Of a DNA stretch of 64,000 nt, positions 39,701 through 48,382 are shown piece by piece (positions within the stretch are counted from its first letter, which is position 1; each line of letters begins with the position of its first letter). The position numbers and the translations under genes are program-made. This DNA is from an uncultured Bacteroidales bacterium (GTDB taxonomy: Bacteria > Bacteroidota > Bacteroidia > Bacteroidales > Muribaculaceae). Location: assembly GCA_947176235.1 (NCBI GenBank), contig CAMWPM010000010.1, positions 1,523-65,522 on the forward strand, written 5' to 3'. Under the pieces are notes generated by a model. That model was given only the letters and a program-made list of their open reading frames with translations, had not been told where the DNA came from and did no database searches.

Positions 39701-42244
39701 GCTGCTATATAGAAGCACGTGACTGGAGGAGGGGGCTGCCAGTGATTCGTCAGCGGGGAAGAGTGTCAGAGTGTAACTGCCGGGATCTACGTCACTCCAG
39801 TCAATCGTCTTCCCTGAAATATAATCGCCCTCTTTCACTGTCCTTTCATTGAGCATCAGCCGATAGCGCAACTCCACATCAATCGGTGCAGGTTTACCCG
39901 TAGGAGTCTGTGCAGATGCATCAAATGCCACCGGGGCAGCAACGTCAATAGGCTGAGAGGTTACATTCAGTGATATGGCATAGGGCTTGCCGGTTGCAAA
40001 AGCCGTCGATGCAGAATGAGTCTCTCCGCTCATTGATGTCACGTCGAAGTCAGCCACAATCACTCCGGAGGGGAGGGGCGAAAGTGAAATGATGGTTGAG
40101 TCAACCTCCATCACGAAAGTTCCCTCGTGGTCAGTGGTCAGTGTATCAGTGAAGTACACGCTCGATAGTGCCGTACGCCACCCGCTGTTGGCACGTGCGC
40201 GGAGCATCGCCACTACTCTTGCATCAGCCACCGGCATTCCATTGTAGCCCATAGCCTTACCTGTAATTCTGGCAGTAGCAGAAGAGCGGTCGATTTCCTC
40301 AATCTCCACGCGGAACGAAGGCAGCTTGTAGTCGCTCACGGTCACACGTCCGCTTCCAAGATAATTTGATGTCGAGACATCAGTCACCTGAACCATGAAC
40401 GCGCCTGTCTTACCTTCCTTTGGTAGCCGGAACATGGCAGTGGCTCGACCGAACATATCTGTCACCGAATCCACGGTATCGACCGGTTCGCTGTCGGCGT
40501 TATAAAGAGTCATGCGCACTTTCAGGGAATCTGCCACACCGTGAGAACGAAGGTTTCTCCATGATGTCAATGCCACACATTCCATCGAGTCGCCGGGATG
40601 GTAAAGCGAACGGTCGGTGACCACTGATGCCATGAAGCGGCGATCATTGTCCGTATTTCCCCGCCAGCCCATATAGACGCCCTGCGCGAATCTGTCACTT
40701 CCTTTGAATGCCTGGACTCTGTTGACTCGCTTTCCCTCGGGGATTGTAACGGTGGAGATGCCGTGGGCATCGCTTCTGACCGTCGCGTCTGACACTACGA
40801 TGGGATTGCCCCTGTAGTCGGTGAATTTCATCTGAGCGCCTTCCACCGGACGTCCAGTAAGAATATCTGTGGTGATTATCATTGTCTTTTCCCCCACCGA
40901 TGTCAGAGATGTGGCAAGGTCGGTCGCCGTAATGTTGTATTCATCATGCCGGTGCGAGTTTGAAGTTTGTCCCGGAATCTCCACACCGAGGAAGTACCTG
41001 CCGTAACGTGGAGCCGTAAATTCCAGCGTGTCAGTAGCGTTGAAGGGAATTTCACGCGTCGATGTCACCTCTTTCCGCTCCACCACCGCTCCTTGCGGTC
41101 CATTGTACCTCAGCGTTAAAATCACTTTCTTGGCGTTTTGCCATTCCACCGCAGCTTTGAACGGTCGAGAGGGAGACACCGATGCCGGAGCGGAGACGCG
41201 GGCTGAGGGCGCGGAGATACGCGATATTATTGCATTCGCGCTCATTGAAGCCGGTGTGGAGGGTCCCCATTTCTTTTTCCAGTCGAGCGCAAGCCGGTAC
41301 AGGTCTGACTGCTGAGCCTCCGAACCCGTATAGCTGTTCATCTCGGTCAATGTGAGCAGCGCATAGGGTGTCTGCGGATTAAATTGACCGTAAATATCTG
41401 ACAGTGCTTGATATATCCTGTTGTTTTCAGCGATATAGCCCTGTTTCTCTCCTGCCACAAACACGAATCGGTCGGTGAAAAGCACACGCCGCGTCTCTTC
41501 CAGAAGCAAGGGTGCGGGATCGTCGGAATGTATGCGCCGCAGATTAGCATAGAGCGAGAAGATCCTGCTTACCATCGGATCAAGGCGATTGGCTTTCAGA
41601 GGCATCAGCTCAATGAAGCGGAAAATCCAGTCGGGTGAGAGAACCCGACTGTTGGGCGTCAGATCAGTGAATATGTCGATGGCGTTCCATGCCACGAAAT
41701 CGTAGAGCGTGGGGTAGAACGCTTTCTGTGCCTCGTCGTACTTTGCTACTATCGCTCTGTAATCCGACAGAGGTATGGCTGCAAGAGTGTCTGGCTGCAT
41801 CACTGACTCTTCCAAAAGCGACGTGATGATCTGGCGATACTGTTCGCCGCTCCACTCCGATGGGTCGGCGGGAAGTGGAGAAAGAGGCATGTTGCGGCGG
41901 TCATAGTCCCAGCGTCGCGCCTGGTACATGGCGCGGTATATATCAGCCATCATAGCCGAAAGGAGTGATCGCTCCGGCAGTGATGATGTGGACGTACGCA
42001 GGGAATCAATTCGTGCGAGTGACGTGACGACGTTGGCTGGATCAATGGAGTTGGAGGCGATCGTGAGCCTTATCAGGGCATCGACGGTGGCACTGACATC
42101 CTGACGGTCAAGAGCCGTTAGCAGATCGGCGTTTGCCTGACGCTCCACATTTTGTGGAAAGGCGAAATCGGGATTGACCGCTGATGCATTGTCGGTGAAT
42201 AGCATGGCAAAAATCAGGATTGCTAATGATACGAGTCGTGACAT
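36743..42244 (-). CDS. bacterial alpha-2-macroglobulin-family protein (MG-domain array), no thioester motif seen
   Basis: 1833 aa with a signal peptide (MSRLVSLAILIFAMLFTDNASA) and long beta-rich MG-like repeats. The C-terminal region is typical of the A2M receptor-binding end (...VTVDDSRAACLEPV...RFYRENRDSSTRLFI...GTYRISVE). I found no C-x-E-Q thioester tetrapeptide on scanning. Confidence 0.8.
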   Translation of the reverse strand: MSRLVSLAILIFAMLFTDNASAVNPDFAFPQNVERQANADLLTALDRQDVSATVDALIRLTIASNSIDPANVVTSLARIDSLRTSTSSLPERSLLSAMMADIYRAMYQARRWDYDRRNMPLSPLPADPSEWSGEQYRQIITSLLEESVMQPDTLAAIPLSDYRAIVAKYDEAQKAFYPTLYDFVAWNAIDIFTDLTPNSRVLSPDWIFRFIELMPLKANRLDPMVSRIFSLYANLRRIHSDDPAPLLLEETRRVLFTDRFVFVAGEKQGYIAENNRIYQALSDIYGQFNPQTPYALLTLTEMNSYTGSEAQQSDLYRLALDWKKKWGPSTPASMSANAIISRISAPSARVSAPASVSPSRPFKAAVEWQNAKKVILTLRYNGPQGAVVERKEVTSTREIPFNATDTLEFTAPRYGRYFLGVEIPGQTSNSHRHDEYNITATDLATSLTSVGEKTMIITTDILTGRPVEGAQMKFTDYRGNPIVVSDATVRSDAHGISTVTIPEGKRVNRVQAFKGSDRFAQGVYMGWRGNTDNDRRFMASVVTDRSLYHPGDSMECVALTSWRNLRSHGVADSLKVRMTLYNADSEPVDTVDSVTDMFGRATAMFRLPKEGKTGAFMVQVTDVSTSNYLGSGRVTVSDYKLPSFRVEIEEIDRSSATARITGKAMGYNGMPVADARVVAMLRARANSGWRTALSSVYFTDTLTTDHEGTFVMEVDSTIISLSPLPSGVIVADFDVTSMSGETHSASTAFATGKPYAISLNVTSQPIDVAAPVAFDASAQTPTGKPAPIDVELRYRLMLNERTVKEGDYISGKTIDWSDVDPGSYTLTLFPADESLAAPSSSHVLLYSSKKNNLPVDDVPFWTPVNQVVTDADGKAVINVLADVTSPTLYVISATVDSLLPTQVKTLAPGWNKIEVNIPAGDNTLAVRLYATYDLSSITTPVTVTRPSEPLQITSKSFRNRLVPGTEETWNFSVSLGDVCQIEAAMVAGMWNAALDALEPHSINPHFPSLPMPMLNVNGYNGHCYESAWTRGGRTAPLFGVNAPEFNLYGERWLGGRRYRKFTNTLMVRGAATSSSDDVVVEEEVVMDEVMTATEMAAPMMVGAVKRESAKMAYSVDADSAVAEEVAEAEGDNGMADAGGAGEANSPAEEPAVRYRDAEIPLAFFRPALTTEPSGIVNLEFTVPEANATWQFEAFSYDKALKTGRISHIITALKPVVVKSRSPRFLRRGDKALIIGEVSNATDSAIKAEALVEVLTNEGSMIAERKVALELEGKSTASVSIDLDVPPANVDTLIYRIAAVTDRGSSDGEKVAIPVLDVWQPVVDSTPFYLAPDSSSLVVTPEIPAGSEVNVLLTDNAALEVAKALPAIEAKGNTTSVEIAEALYSAATTAWLASKYPWITEDLKGAEDAKLRIPGLIEQLSKFESKKGGWQWIGGADADDRPSMWVTENVLSMLADLADLGALPESNQLKYSARRAISWLDKEEKKSYDKSPDSDFTRYSWLRLRLEPISEISSSARTIINATGKRLAREWKNLDIAGKGIAAVVLEKTGHVRDARLVAESLRQLATVNPVQGMCWRQLDTTYAWSMGKIGITSNLLQAFNTIDPGRPEVDAIRQWLVMRKLALDWGATIGTVRAVSSILSTGTDWTRPSDPASWHWTDNGTKLVVEKTGVHPAWGAVMARYTGAMTEVPAHSCQELSIEKRLFRRVADANGGVTWEETKELKVGDRVRVDLLIKADTDMDYVTVDDSRAACLEPVKQLPGWEWADGLRFYRENRDSSTRLFITHLVRGTYRISVEMDAATAGTFTSGIATATCQQAPQLTAHTAGATIRTLSE

Positions 42245-42288
42245 ATCTGTTGTTCGAACGTGGTTAATTTTCCGTTATATAACAACAA

Positions 42289-42313
42289 TAGCCGACGCTG
42301 GAAGAGTCGGCTA
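42289..42313 (-). terminator. hairpin between the Spy-like gene and the alpha-2-macroglobulin gene
   Basis: TAGCCGAC-N9-GTCGGCTA. On the minus strand it is followed by UUGUUGUUAUAU. The stem is only 8 bp, so it may be leaky. Confidence 0.45.
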
Positions 42314-42349
42314 CTATTTCAAATTTCTTTATCAGTGAAGTGGATCGGA

Positions 42350-42892
42350 TCAGTCATTTCCGCCTTTCGGGCCTTTTCTTCCACCGCCCTTCTCGCCTGT
42401 CAGACGATTATGATGTTGCATAAGCTTATGGGCGAAGCGCCGCTCGGCACTCTTCAATTTAAAGAGCTGCTCGCGCGAAAGCACCTGGCGGAATTTCTGC
42501 ATGTACGCGCGCTCCACAGCACCCTCCTTCTCCTTCTGCTCGTAGATGGCGTCGGTGGCTTTGTCATATTCGAGATCGGTGGCTTTAGCAGCTGACGCCA
42601 CCTTGCCCTCAAGCTCGCGGGTCTCCCGGTTGATCTTCCATGTCTCGTCCTCCATCGCATCGTAGAGCGGGAAGAAAGCCTTTTGCTGTTCCTTAGTCAG
42701 GTTGAGCTCCTTGGCAAGGAAATTGTGCTTAAATTCGCGCACCTCCTTAAACCACTGCTTGCGGTCGCCGGGACCGTCGTCAGGAGTCTGGGTAGCCGAC
42801 GGACAGTTGTCGCCCGGGCAGTCAATGGACATGGCAGCCGCAACCGTAGCGGTAAGAATCAGAGAGATGAGTGAGATGATAATCTTCTTCAT
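42350..42892 (-). CDS. periplasmic LTxxQ-motif protein (Spy/CpxP-like)
   Basis: Signal peptide MKKIIISLISLILTATVAAA, two LTxxQ-type motifs (LTKEQQKAF, LSREQLFKL), a helical character and a basic Gly-rich tail. Confidence 0.6.
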   Translation of the reverse strand: MKKIIISLISLILTATVAAAMSIDCPGDNCPSATQTPDDGPGDRKQWFKEVREFKHNFLAKELNLTKEQQKAFFPLYDAMEDETWKINRETRELEGKVASAAKATDLEYDKATDAIYEQKEKEGAVERAYMQKFRQVLSREQLFKLKSAERRFAHKLMQHHNRLTGEKGGGRKGPKGGND

Positions 42893-42910
42893 GCGTTATA
42901 TTGGTTTCAC

Positions 42911-43357
42911 TTATTCGTCGATAGTTGAAATCGCGGAGTCGGCTGATGCCTCGTCAAACATCTCAGGGAAATCCACTCCCTCATCATACATCCCGTCAAG
43001 GATCTCACATTCGTCTATATCACCGTAGACGTAATCATTGACGAACGATGAATTGCTGAGGGCGGCAACCATCACAGGGTTGTGATCTATCGAAAGGTCA
43101 TGGTCGCCGGTTGCCATCATGTTGAACATCTTGAGCATACACCAGATACCGGCAAACATTGCCGCCATGTAAGCGTAAGGGCGGACGCGCATCCAGAGGG
43201 TGCGCGGGGCGGGGGCGACGACAGCCTTGCCCTCAGCCAGCTCATTGACCGGCAGCGAGGCAGCCACGCGCGAGGCAAAGTCCTCGAAGTAACCTTCGGG
43301 GACGCGTAGCCCGTCGTTATGGCTGATGCGTGATAATATGTCGTTGTCTTGCTTCAT
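42911..43357 (-). CDS. single-pass membrane protein, putative anti-sigma factor
   Basis: 148 aa with one central TM segment (YAYMAAMFAGIWCMLKMFNMM). It sits between the ECF sigma gene and the LTxxQ gene. No HxxxCxxC zinc motif is present. The call rests on position only. Confidence 0.45.
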   Translation of the reverse strand: MKQDNDILSRISHNDGLRVPEGYFEDFASRVAASLPVNELAEGKAVVAPAPRTLWMRVRPYAYMAAMFAGIWCMLKMFNMMATGDHDLSIDHNPVMVAALSNSSFVNDYVYGDIDECEILDGMYDEGVDFPEMFDEASADSAISTIDE

Positions 43358-43484
43358 TTCTACTCTTTTTCTATGTTTTTTCGCTACGTTGTAATGCTTT
43401 GACTCATCTCACGCCGGAAAGTTTAACGCGGCAAATGTTAAATTTCAGATTAATGTAGGATATACTGAAAATTTAGGAGTTCCG

Positions 43485-44045
43485 TCAGTCGTTATCTTCA
43501 AAGAATTGCTCGATTTTCTTCACAGCGAGATGGTAGGACGCCTTGAGCGCGCCCACTGACGTTCCGAGGATTTCGGAGATCTGCTCGTACTTCATTTCAT
43601 CGTAGTAGCGCATGTTGAACACCAGACGCTGTTTCTCTGGTAGAGTCGCTATAGCCTTTCGGAGCTGCTGCACGAGTTCGTCACCGTCGATCCATTCGTC
43701 GGCTTCGATTGCATTTATCAGAGTCGATTCCTGATCGTCGATCGAGAGATTGAGGCGCTTGCGTTCACGTGCGAGAAATGTGATGCTTTCGTTTATGGCA
43801 ATTTTGTATAGCCACGTGGAGAGACGGGCGTCGCCACGGAAATTCTCTATCGATGTCCACGCCTTGATAAACGTGTTCTGAAGAAGATCGTTGGCGTCGT
43901 CGTGGTTCTCGACCATGCGGCGTATCTGATGATATAGCGGCTCGCTGTAGAGCTTGATGACGTCAGCCATCGCGTCCCTGCACGTGGCGGGGTCGCGAAG
44001 CCGCTCGATTAGACGCGGGTCGTCAAGTTCCGGTTGTTTAGCCAT
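43485..44045 (-). CDS. ECF-type RNA polymerase sigma-70 factor
   Basis: Region 2 (DDANDLLQNTFIKAW...FRGDARLSTWLYKIAINE) and region 4 (LPEKQRLVFNMRYYDEMKYEQISEILGTSVGALKASYHLAVKKI). Confidence 0.9.
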   Translation of the reverse strand: MAKQPELDDPRLIERLRDPATCRDAMADVIKLYSEPLYHQIRRMVENHDDANDLLQNTFIKAWTSIENFRGDARLSTWLYKIAINESITFLARERKRLNLSIDDQESTLINAIEADEWIDGDELVQQLRKAIATLPEKQRLVFNMRYYDEMKYEQISEILGTSVGALKASYHLAVKKIEQFFEDND

Positions 44046-44218
44046 CTTTATGTTATATTCTGATGTGTCTTATTGGAAATTACTGCTGTAAAGGTAACAC
44101 AATAATTCCTCCCCCTCAAACCTTTTCACTTTTTTTATTAATTTTCAACCGTTGTTACCCACCAATACGAAGGCGCCGCGACGTATTACGTCACAGCGCC
44201 TTTCTTACTTTAATCACT

Positions 44219-44674
44219 TTATTTGGAGAGGAGTGGGAGAAGCTGGGCTGCAGCGTTCTTGGTGTCCACTTTGGTGATGATGTCGGTGATACGGTGGTCG
44301 GCATCGGTGATGAAGGTGGTGCGGAGCGAACCCATATATTCACGCCCTGCCATCTTTTTCTTAGCCCACACGCCAAACGCCTGATTGACTTCGGTCGATG
44401 GGTCGGAAAGCAGAATGAAGGGTAGAGAATATTTGTCGGCAAACTTAACGTGGGAGGCGGGGGAGTCCTTGCTTATGCCGATCACAGTGTAGCCGGCAGC
44501 CTTGATGGCATCAAAACCGTCGCGGATAGAGCATGCCTCGGCTGTGCATCCCGGAGTGTTGTCTTTCGGGTAAAAGTAAATCACAAGAGGCTTTCCGGCG
44601 AAATCGGAAGCTTTCACCTCGCCACCTTCGGCATCGAGTCCGAGGACTTCGGGAATAGTGTCGCCAATATTCAT
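44219..44674 (-). CDS. bcp: thioredoxin-dependent peroxiredoxin Bcp
   Basis: LVIYFYPKDNTPGCTAEAC matches the peroxidatic Cys motif PxxxTxxC. The 151-aa length fits. Confidence 0.9.
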   Translation of the reverse strand: MNIGDTIPEVLGLDAEGGEVKASDFAGKPLVIYFYPKDNTPGCTAEACSIRDGFDAIKAAGYTVIGISKDSPASHVKFADKYSLPFILLSDPSTEVNQAFGVWAKKKMAGREYMGSLRTTFITDADHRITDIITKVDTKNAAAQLLPLLSK

Positions 44675-44710
44675 AACTTTAGAAGTGTTTTTATAAGTTA
44701 AACAATTATA

Positions 44711-45568
44711 TCATAGCGATATGCGCTCTGCATCAACCGGCGAGCCGGTGAAGAGGGACGCGAGGGGGTTGAATTTCGAGGGTGACTCGGTGGTGAGATA
44801 GCGGATAGAGCCTCCGCGAGTGACGTTGCAGTCGATTTCAGGATGCCTTCGGAGATAGTCGGCAAGACTTTCTGCCACGAGCGCGCCCTGCTCCACAATC
44901 TGCACCCCGCCAGGCATGTACTGACGGATTTTCGGCAACAGAAGCGGGTAATGGGTACAGCCGAGGATCACGGTGTCGATAAGCGGATCTCGCGCCATAA
45001 GCCGGTCAATCTCCTGCCTGACGAAATAATCGGCTCCCGGGCGGTCTGCCTCTCCGTTCTCCACAAGCGGCACCCACATCGGGCAGCCATGTCCGGTGGT
45101 GACAAAAGAGGGAAAAAGCTTGGCTATCTCAAGATCGTAGCTCTCCGAAGCTATGGTGCCGGGGGTGGCAAACACTCCCACATGACCGTTACGGCTCAGT
45201 TCCCCGACCCGTTCGACAGTCGGGCGTATCACTCCGAGCACCCTTTTATCAGGGGCGATGCGGGGGAGATCATTCTGCTGAATCGTGCGCAGCGCTTTGG
45301 CAGATGCCGTGTTGCATGCAAGAATCACAAGATGGCAGCCCATATCGAAGAGTTTCGTGACCGCCTGAAGCGTAAAGTCATATACAATGTCGAAACTGCG
45401 CGTTCCGTATGGAGCACGGGCATTGTCGCCAAGATAGAGGAAGTCGATGTCGGGGAGGCGACGGTGCATCTCACGGAGAATGGTGAGACCTCCGTAACCT
45501 GAATCGAACACTCCGATCGCACCCGGCAAGGAGGGTGAGGGGGACGAAGATTGAACTTGTCTGAACAT
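44711..45568 (-). CDS. murI: glutamate racemase
   Basis: IGVFDSGYGGLT, the two catalytic Cys motifs (LVILACNTAS, VILGCTHYP) and YLGDNARAPYG. Confidence 0.95.
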   Translation of the reverse strand: MFRQVQSSSPSPSLPGAIGVFDSGYGGLTILREMHRRLPDIDFLYLGDNARAPYGTRSFDIVYDFTLQAVTKLFDMGCHLVILACNTASAKALRTIQQNDLPRIAPDKRVLGVIRPTVERVGELSRNGHVGVFATPGTIASESYDLEIAKLFPSFVTTGHGCPMWVPLVENGEADRPGADYFVRQEIDRLMARDPLIDTVILGCTHYPLLLPKIRQYMPGGVQIVEQGALVAESLADYLRRHPEIDCNVTRGGSIRYLTTESPSKFNPLASLFTGSPVDAERISL

Positions 45569-45651
45569 TGCGATGGCTAAATCATGAGTATCTTTGCGAC
45601 AAATTTACATCATTTCAGCGAGAAAATGCCAAAAGAGGAGGGAAAAATGGC

Positions 45652-45659
45652 TAAATTTG
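45652..45659 (+). promoter_or_regulatory. candidate -7 promoter box (TAAATTTG) for ribD; a second box, TATCTTTG, is at 45589-45596
   Basis: Both match TAnnTTTG in the murI/ribD divergent spacer. Confidence 0.4.
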
Positions 45660-45681
45660 CAGGCAAGAATTCCACGGCAAT

Positions 45682-46764
45682 ATGACCGGAATAAAAGATC
45701 ACGTGACAGAACAATATTTCATGACCGACCCTGAGAAGAACTACGTGTCGGATACCGACGAAAAATTCATGCGTCGTGCCATCGAACTTGCACGGCACGG
45801 TGCCCCCTATGCAGCCCCTAATCCTATGGTCGGAGCAGTGATAGTGCATGAAGGCAGGATAATCGGCGAAGGCTACCACCGGCGTTGCGGCGAGGGGCAT
45901 GCCGAAGTAAATGCCGTGGCTTCGGTGAGCGATGCCGACAAGGCACTGCTTCCGGAATCAACTATCTACGTGACGCTCGAGCCGTGCAGCCATTACGGGA
46001 AGACCCCGCCGTGCGCCGAACTGATTGTTGAGAAGAAATTGAAACGGGTGGTGATCGGGAGCATCGATCCGTTTGCCAAGGTGTCGGGGCGTGGCATCCG
46101 GCGTCTGAGAGATGCCGGGATCGAAGTGGTGACAGGCGTTCTGGAGGATGAATGCAGGGCTATCAATCCCCACTTCATGACCGCGCATACCCACGGACGC
46201 CCATACGTCACACTGAAATGGGCTCAGAGTGCCGACGGATTCATGGATCGCCGACGCGACGCCGACCATACGGAGGGTGCTATGCGGCTGTCGGGAGAGA
46301 CCGGCGAGACACTCGTGCATCGCCTGCGCTCTCTGCATGACGCATTGCTCACCACATCACGCACCGTTAATGCCGACGGCGCCCGCCTCACCTTGCGGCT
46401 GTGGGACGGAAAGGAACCGCTCCGAGTGATCGTTGACCGACAGGCTACGCTTGATCCGCAAGCCCCGATATTCAGCTGCGGAGAGCGGGAGCCATTGGTG
46501 CTTGGCAAGGAAGAAGCCCCCGACGTCCCGTCCCTGCTCAGGCATCTCTATAGCCTCGGAATCACCTCAGTGATGACAGAAGCGGGGCCAACGATGCTTC
46601 AAGCGATCATCGACTCGGGGATGTGGGATGAAGCGAGAGTGGAAGTGAATCCCGTAAGGCTCGGGAAAGAAGGCTCCGCCCGCGCCCCCCAGCTCCCCAT
46701 CGCACCCGCTGCATCCATAACCCTCCCCGACGGCAACCGCCTCCTTCGCTACTTCAACGTCTGA
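45682..46764 (+). CDS. ribD: bifunctional riboflavin biosynthesis deaminase/reductase RibD
   Basis: Deaminase zinc motifs HAEVNA and PCSHYGKTPPC, then a C-terminal reductase domain (RPYVTLKWAQSADG...). The start could alternatively be ATG 45721. Confidence 0.9.
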   Translation: MTGIKDHVTEQYFMTDPEKNYVSDTDEKFMRRAIELARHGAPYAAPNPMVGAVIVHEGRIIGEGYHRRCGEGHAEVNAVASVSDADKALLPESTIYVTLEPCSHYGKTPPCAELIVEKKLKRVVIGSIDPFAKVSGRGIRRLRDAGIEVVTGVLEDECRAINPHFMTAHTHGRPYVTLKWAQSADGFMDRRRDADHTEGAMRLSGETGETLVHRLRSLHDALLTTSRTVNADGARLTLRLWDGKEPLRVIVDRQATLDPQAPIFSCGEREPLVLGKEEAPDVPSLLRHLYSLGITSVMTEAGPTMLQAIIDSGMWDEARVEVNPVRLGKEGSARAPQLPIAPAASITLPDGNRLLRYFNV

Positions 46765-46849
46765 GCGGGAGTGGGGCGGCTTTTGTCGCTTTTTCACGTC
46801 TTTAAGGTATTTTTAGCAAACAATCAATCAAGATTTGGAGAATTGTTAC

Positions 46850-46857
46850 TAAATTTG
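46850..46857 (+). promoter_or_regulatory. candidate -7 promoter box (TAAATTTG)
   Basis: Matches TAnnTTTG and lies 32 nt upstream of ATG 46889. Confidence 0.45.
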
Positions 46858-46888
46858 CACCTTGTTAATTTATACACAAGAACCACTC

Positions 46889-48346
46889 ATGTCCAAAAAG
46901 ATATTAGCCCTCGGCCTCGGAATCCTGATGCTGGCAGGCGTAACGGCATGCAACTCCGACTCGGATGACGCCGTGGATGCCACCACCATCCTGACGTATT
47001 CCAACACCGCTGTCACAAAGTTCTCATTGTCCGCCAACAAGAATGTGCTCAACAATCTCGACTCGGTCTATTTCTCGATCGACCTCATGAACGCACGTAT
47101 CTTCAATGCCACTCCGCTGCCTCAGGGCACAAAGACGGAAAAACTCGTGGTGGACATCACTACCGACAACTGCTCGGTGACTGAGCTTCATGTGCCGCGT
47201 GAGGGCAAGAGCGATACAATAATCGACTATCTCAAGGATCCTTCGACAGGCATCAACTTCAGCAACGGACCCGTGAAGCTCCACGTCAAGAGCGCCGACG
47301 GGCTATATTCACGCGACTACACCATCACTGTCAACGTCTACGACCTCAATCCCGACTCCCTTCAGTGGGACGCTAATGACGTGACCACCCTCCCCACCAC
47401 CCTCCAGGCACCCGCAGCCCAGGGTGTGACACGCCACGGCGGACGCCTCTACATGGTCACCACCGACGATAGCGGTGCGTCTTCAATCGCCTCTACCGAC
47501 GATCCTTATCACTTCAACAGCTGGACAACCAAAGCACTCGACGCCGGATTTACTCCTGACGCCGCCTCGCTTGCATCGACCTCCGACGCTCTCTATCTGC
47601 TCTCCACCGCCGGACAGCTCTACTGCTCGACCGACTGCGGCGAGACCTGGATCGACTGCTCATGCCGGATGGATCACATCTACGGCGGCTATACCGACAA
47701 GGTGGTGGGCGCGGTGAAAGAGCAGGACGGCACCTACTCGCAGGTGATCTATCCTACAGGCGTCACCTCTCCCCTCCCCGCCGCCATTCCGGTGTCAGGC
47801 ACAAGCGAACTGGTGGGCGTAGCCACGGCGTGGGGACTCTCCCCGCAGGTGATGATGACTGGCGGCAGACGTGCCGACGGCACCGTGACTTCCGACACCT
47901 GGGGATTTGACGGCAAGGAATGGGCACAGTTCCCCACCTCCGACCTTCCCCCCTCCGAGGGCCGCTCGCTCCTTAACTACACCTACGTGTCGACCGACAC
48001 GATGACGTGGCGTGTGGGCGAGCTTCCCGTGCTTCTCACTTTGGGCGGCAACAATGCCGACGGACGCACACTGAAAGGCGTCTACTATTCCAAGGATCTC
48101 GGTCTGCACTGGAAGATGGCTCCCAAGACGATGCAGCTCCCCGACGCTATCGGCGCTTTCACATTTGCCGACGTGGTGAGCTTCGAGAAAATGATCAACG
48201 AAAGCTATTCACGCGCTGTCGCTCCCATCGAGGAGTGGGAGTGCCCCTACATCTATATTATTGGAGGCCGCAACGGGCAAGGCGAGCAACGCAACAGCAT
48301 CTGGCGTGGTGCCGTGAACTATTTCACCCTCAAGCCCGTGCAGTAA
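46889..48346 (+). CDS. lipoprotein with an N-terminal Ig-like region and a BNR/Asp-box beta-propeller-like region
   Basis: I place the start at MSKKILALGLGILMLAGVTAC (lipobox). Asp-box-type motifs STDCGETW and SKDLGLHW are present. Position 46862 in the track is TTG. Confidence 0.7.
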   Translation: MSKKILALGLGILMLAGVTACNSDSDDAVDATTILTYSNTAVTKFSLSANKNVLNNLDSVYFSIDLMNARIFNATPLPQGTKTEKLVVDITTDNCSVTELHVPREGKSDTIIDYLKDPSTGINFSNGPVKLHVKSADGLYSRDYTITVNVYDLNPDSLQWDANDVTTLPTTLQAPAAQGVTRHGGRLYMVTTDDSGASSIASTDDPYHFNSWTTKALDAGFTPDAASLASTSDALYLLSTAGQLYCSTDCGETWIDCSCRMDHIYGGYTDKVVGAVKEQDGTYSQVIYPTGVTSPLPAAIPVSGTSELVGVATAWGLSPQVMMTGGRRADGTVTSDTWGFDGKEWAQFPTSDLPPSEGRSLLNYTYVSTDTMTWRVGELPVLLTLGGNNADGRTLKGVYYSKDLGLHWKMAPKTMQLPDAIGAFTFADVVSFEKMINESYSRAVAPIEEWECPYIYIIGGRNGQGEQRNSIWRGAVNYFTLKPVQ

Positions 48347-48382
48347 TACGTCCGACTTTCACCCCACATCCACGCAATCCCG

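Noticed and set aside
36743-42244. A thioester (CxEQ) site in the alpha-2-macroglobulin.
   Set aside because: Scanning the translation found only SGEQ and LIEQ, neither preceded by Cys at -3, plus CLEP near the C-terminus. I therefore describe the protein as thioester-less rather than as a covalent trap.
44063-44425. A 120-aa plus-strand ORF across the sigma-bcp spacer and the bcp 3' end.
   Set aside because: It is antisense to bcp, which has a clear peroxiredoxin motif. Its 5' part lies in the AT-rich promoter region of the ECF sigma gene.
45569-45681. A possible FMN riboswitch upstream of ribD.
   Set aside because: The spacer is only ~113 nt and is shared with the divergent murI promoter. 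I could not find the conserved FMN-element core sequences. A cmscan would be needed to exclude it formally.
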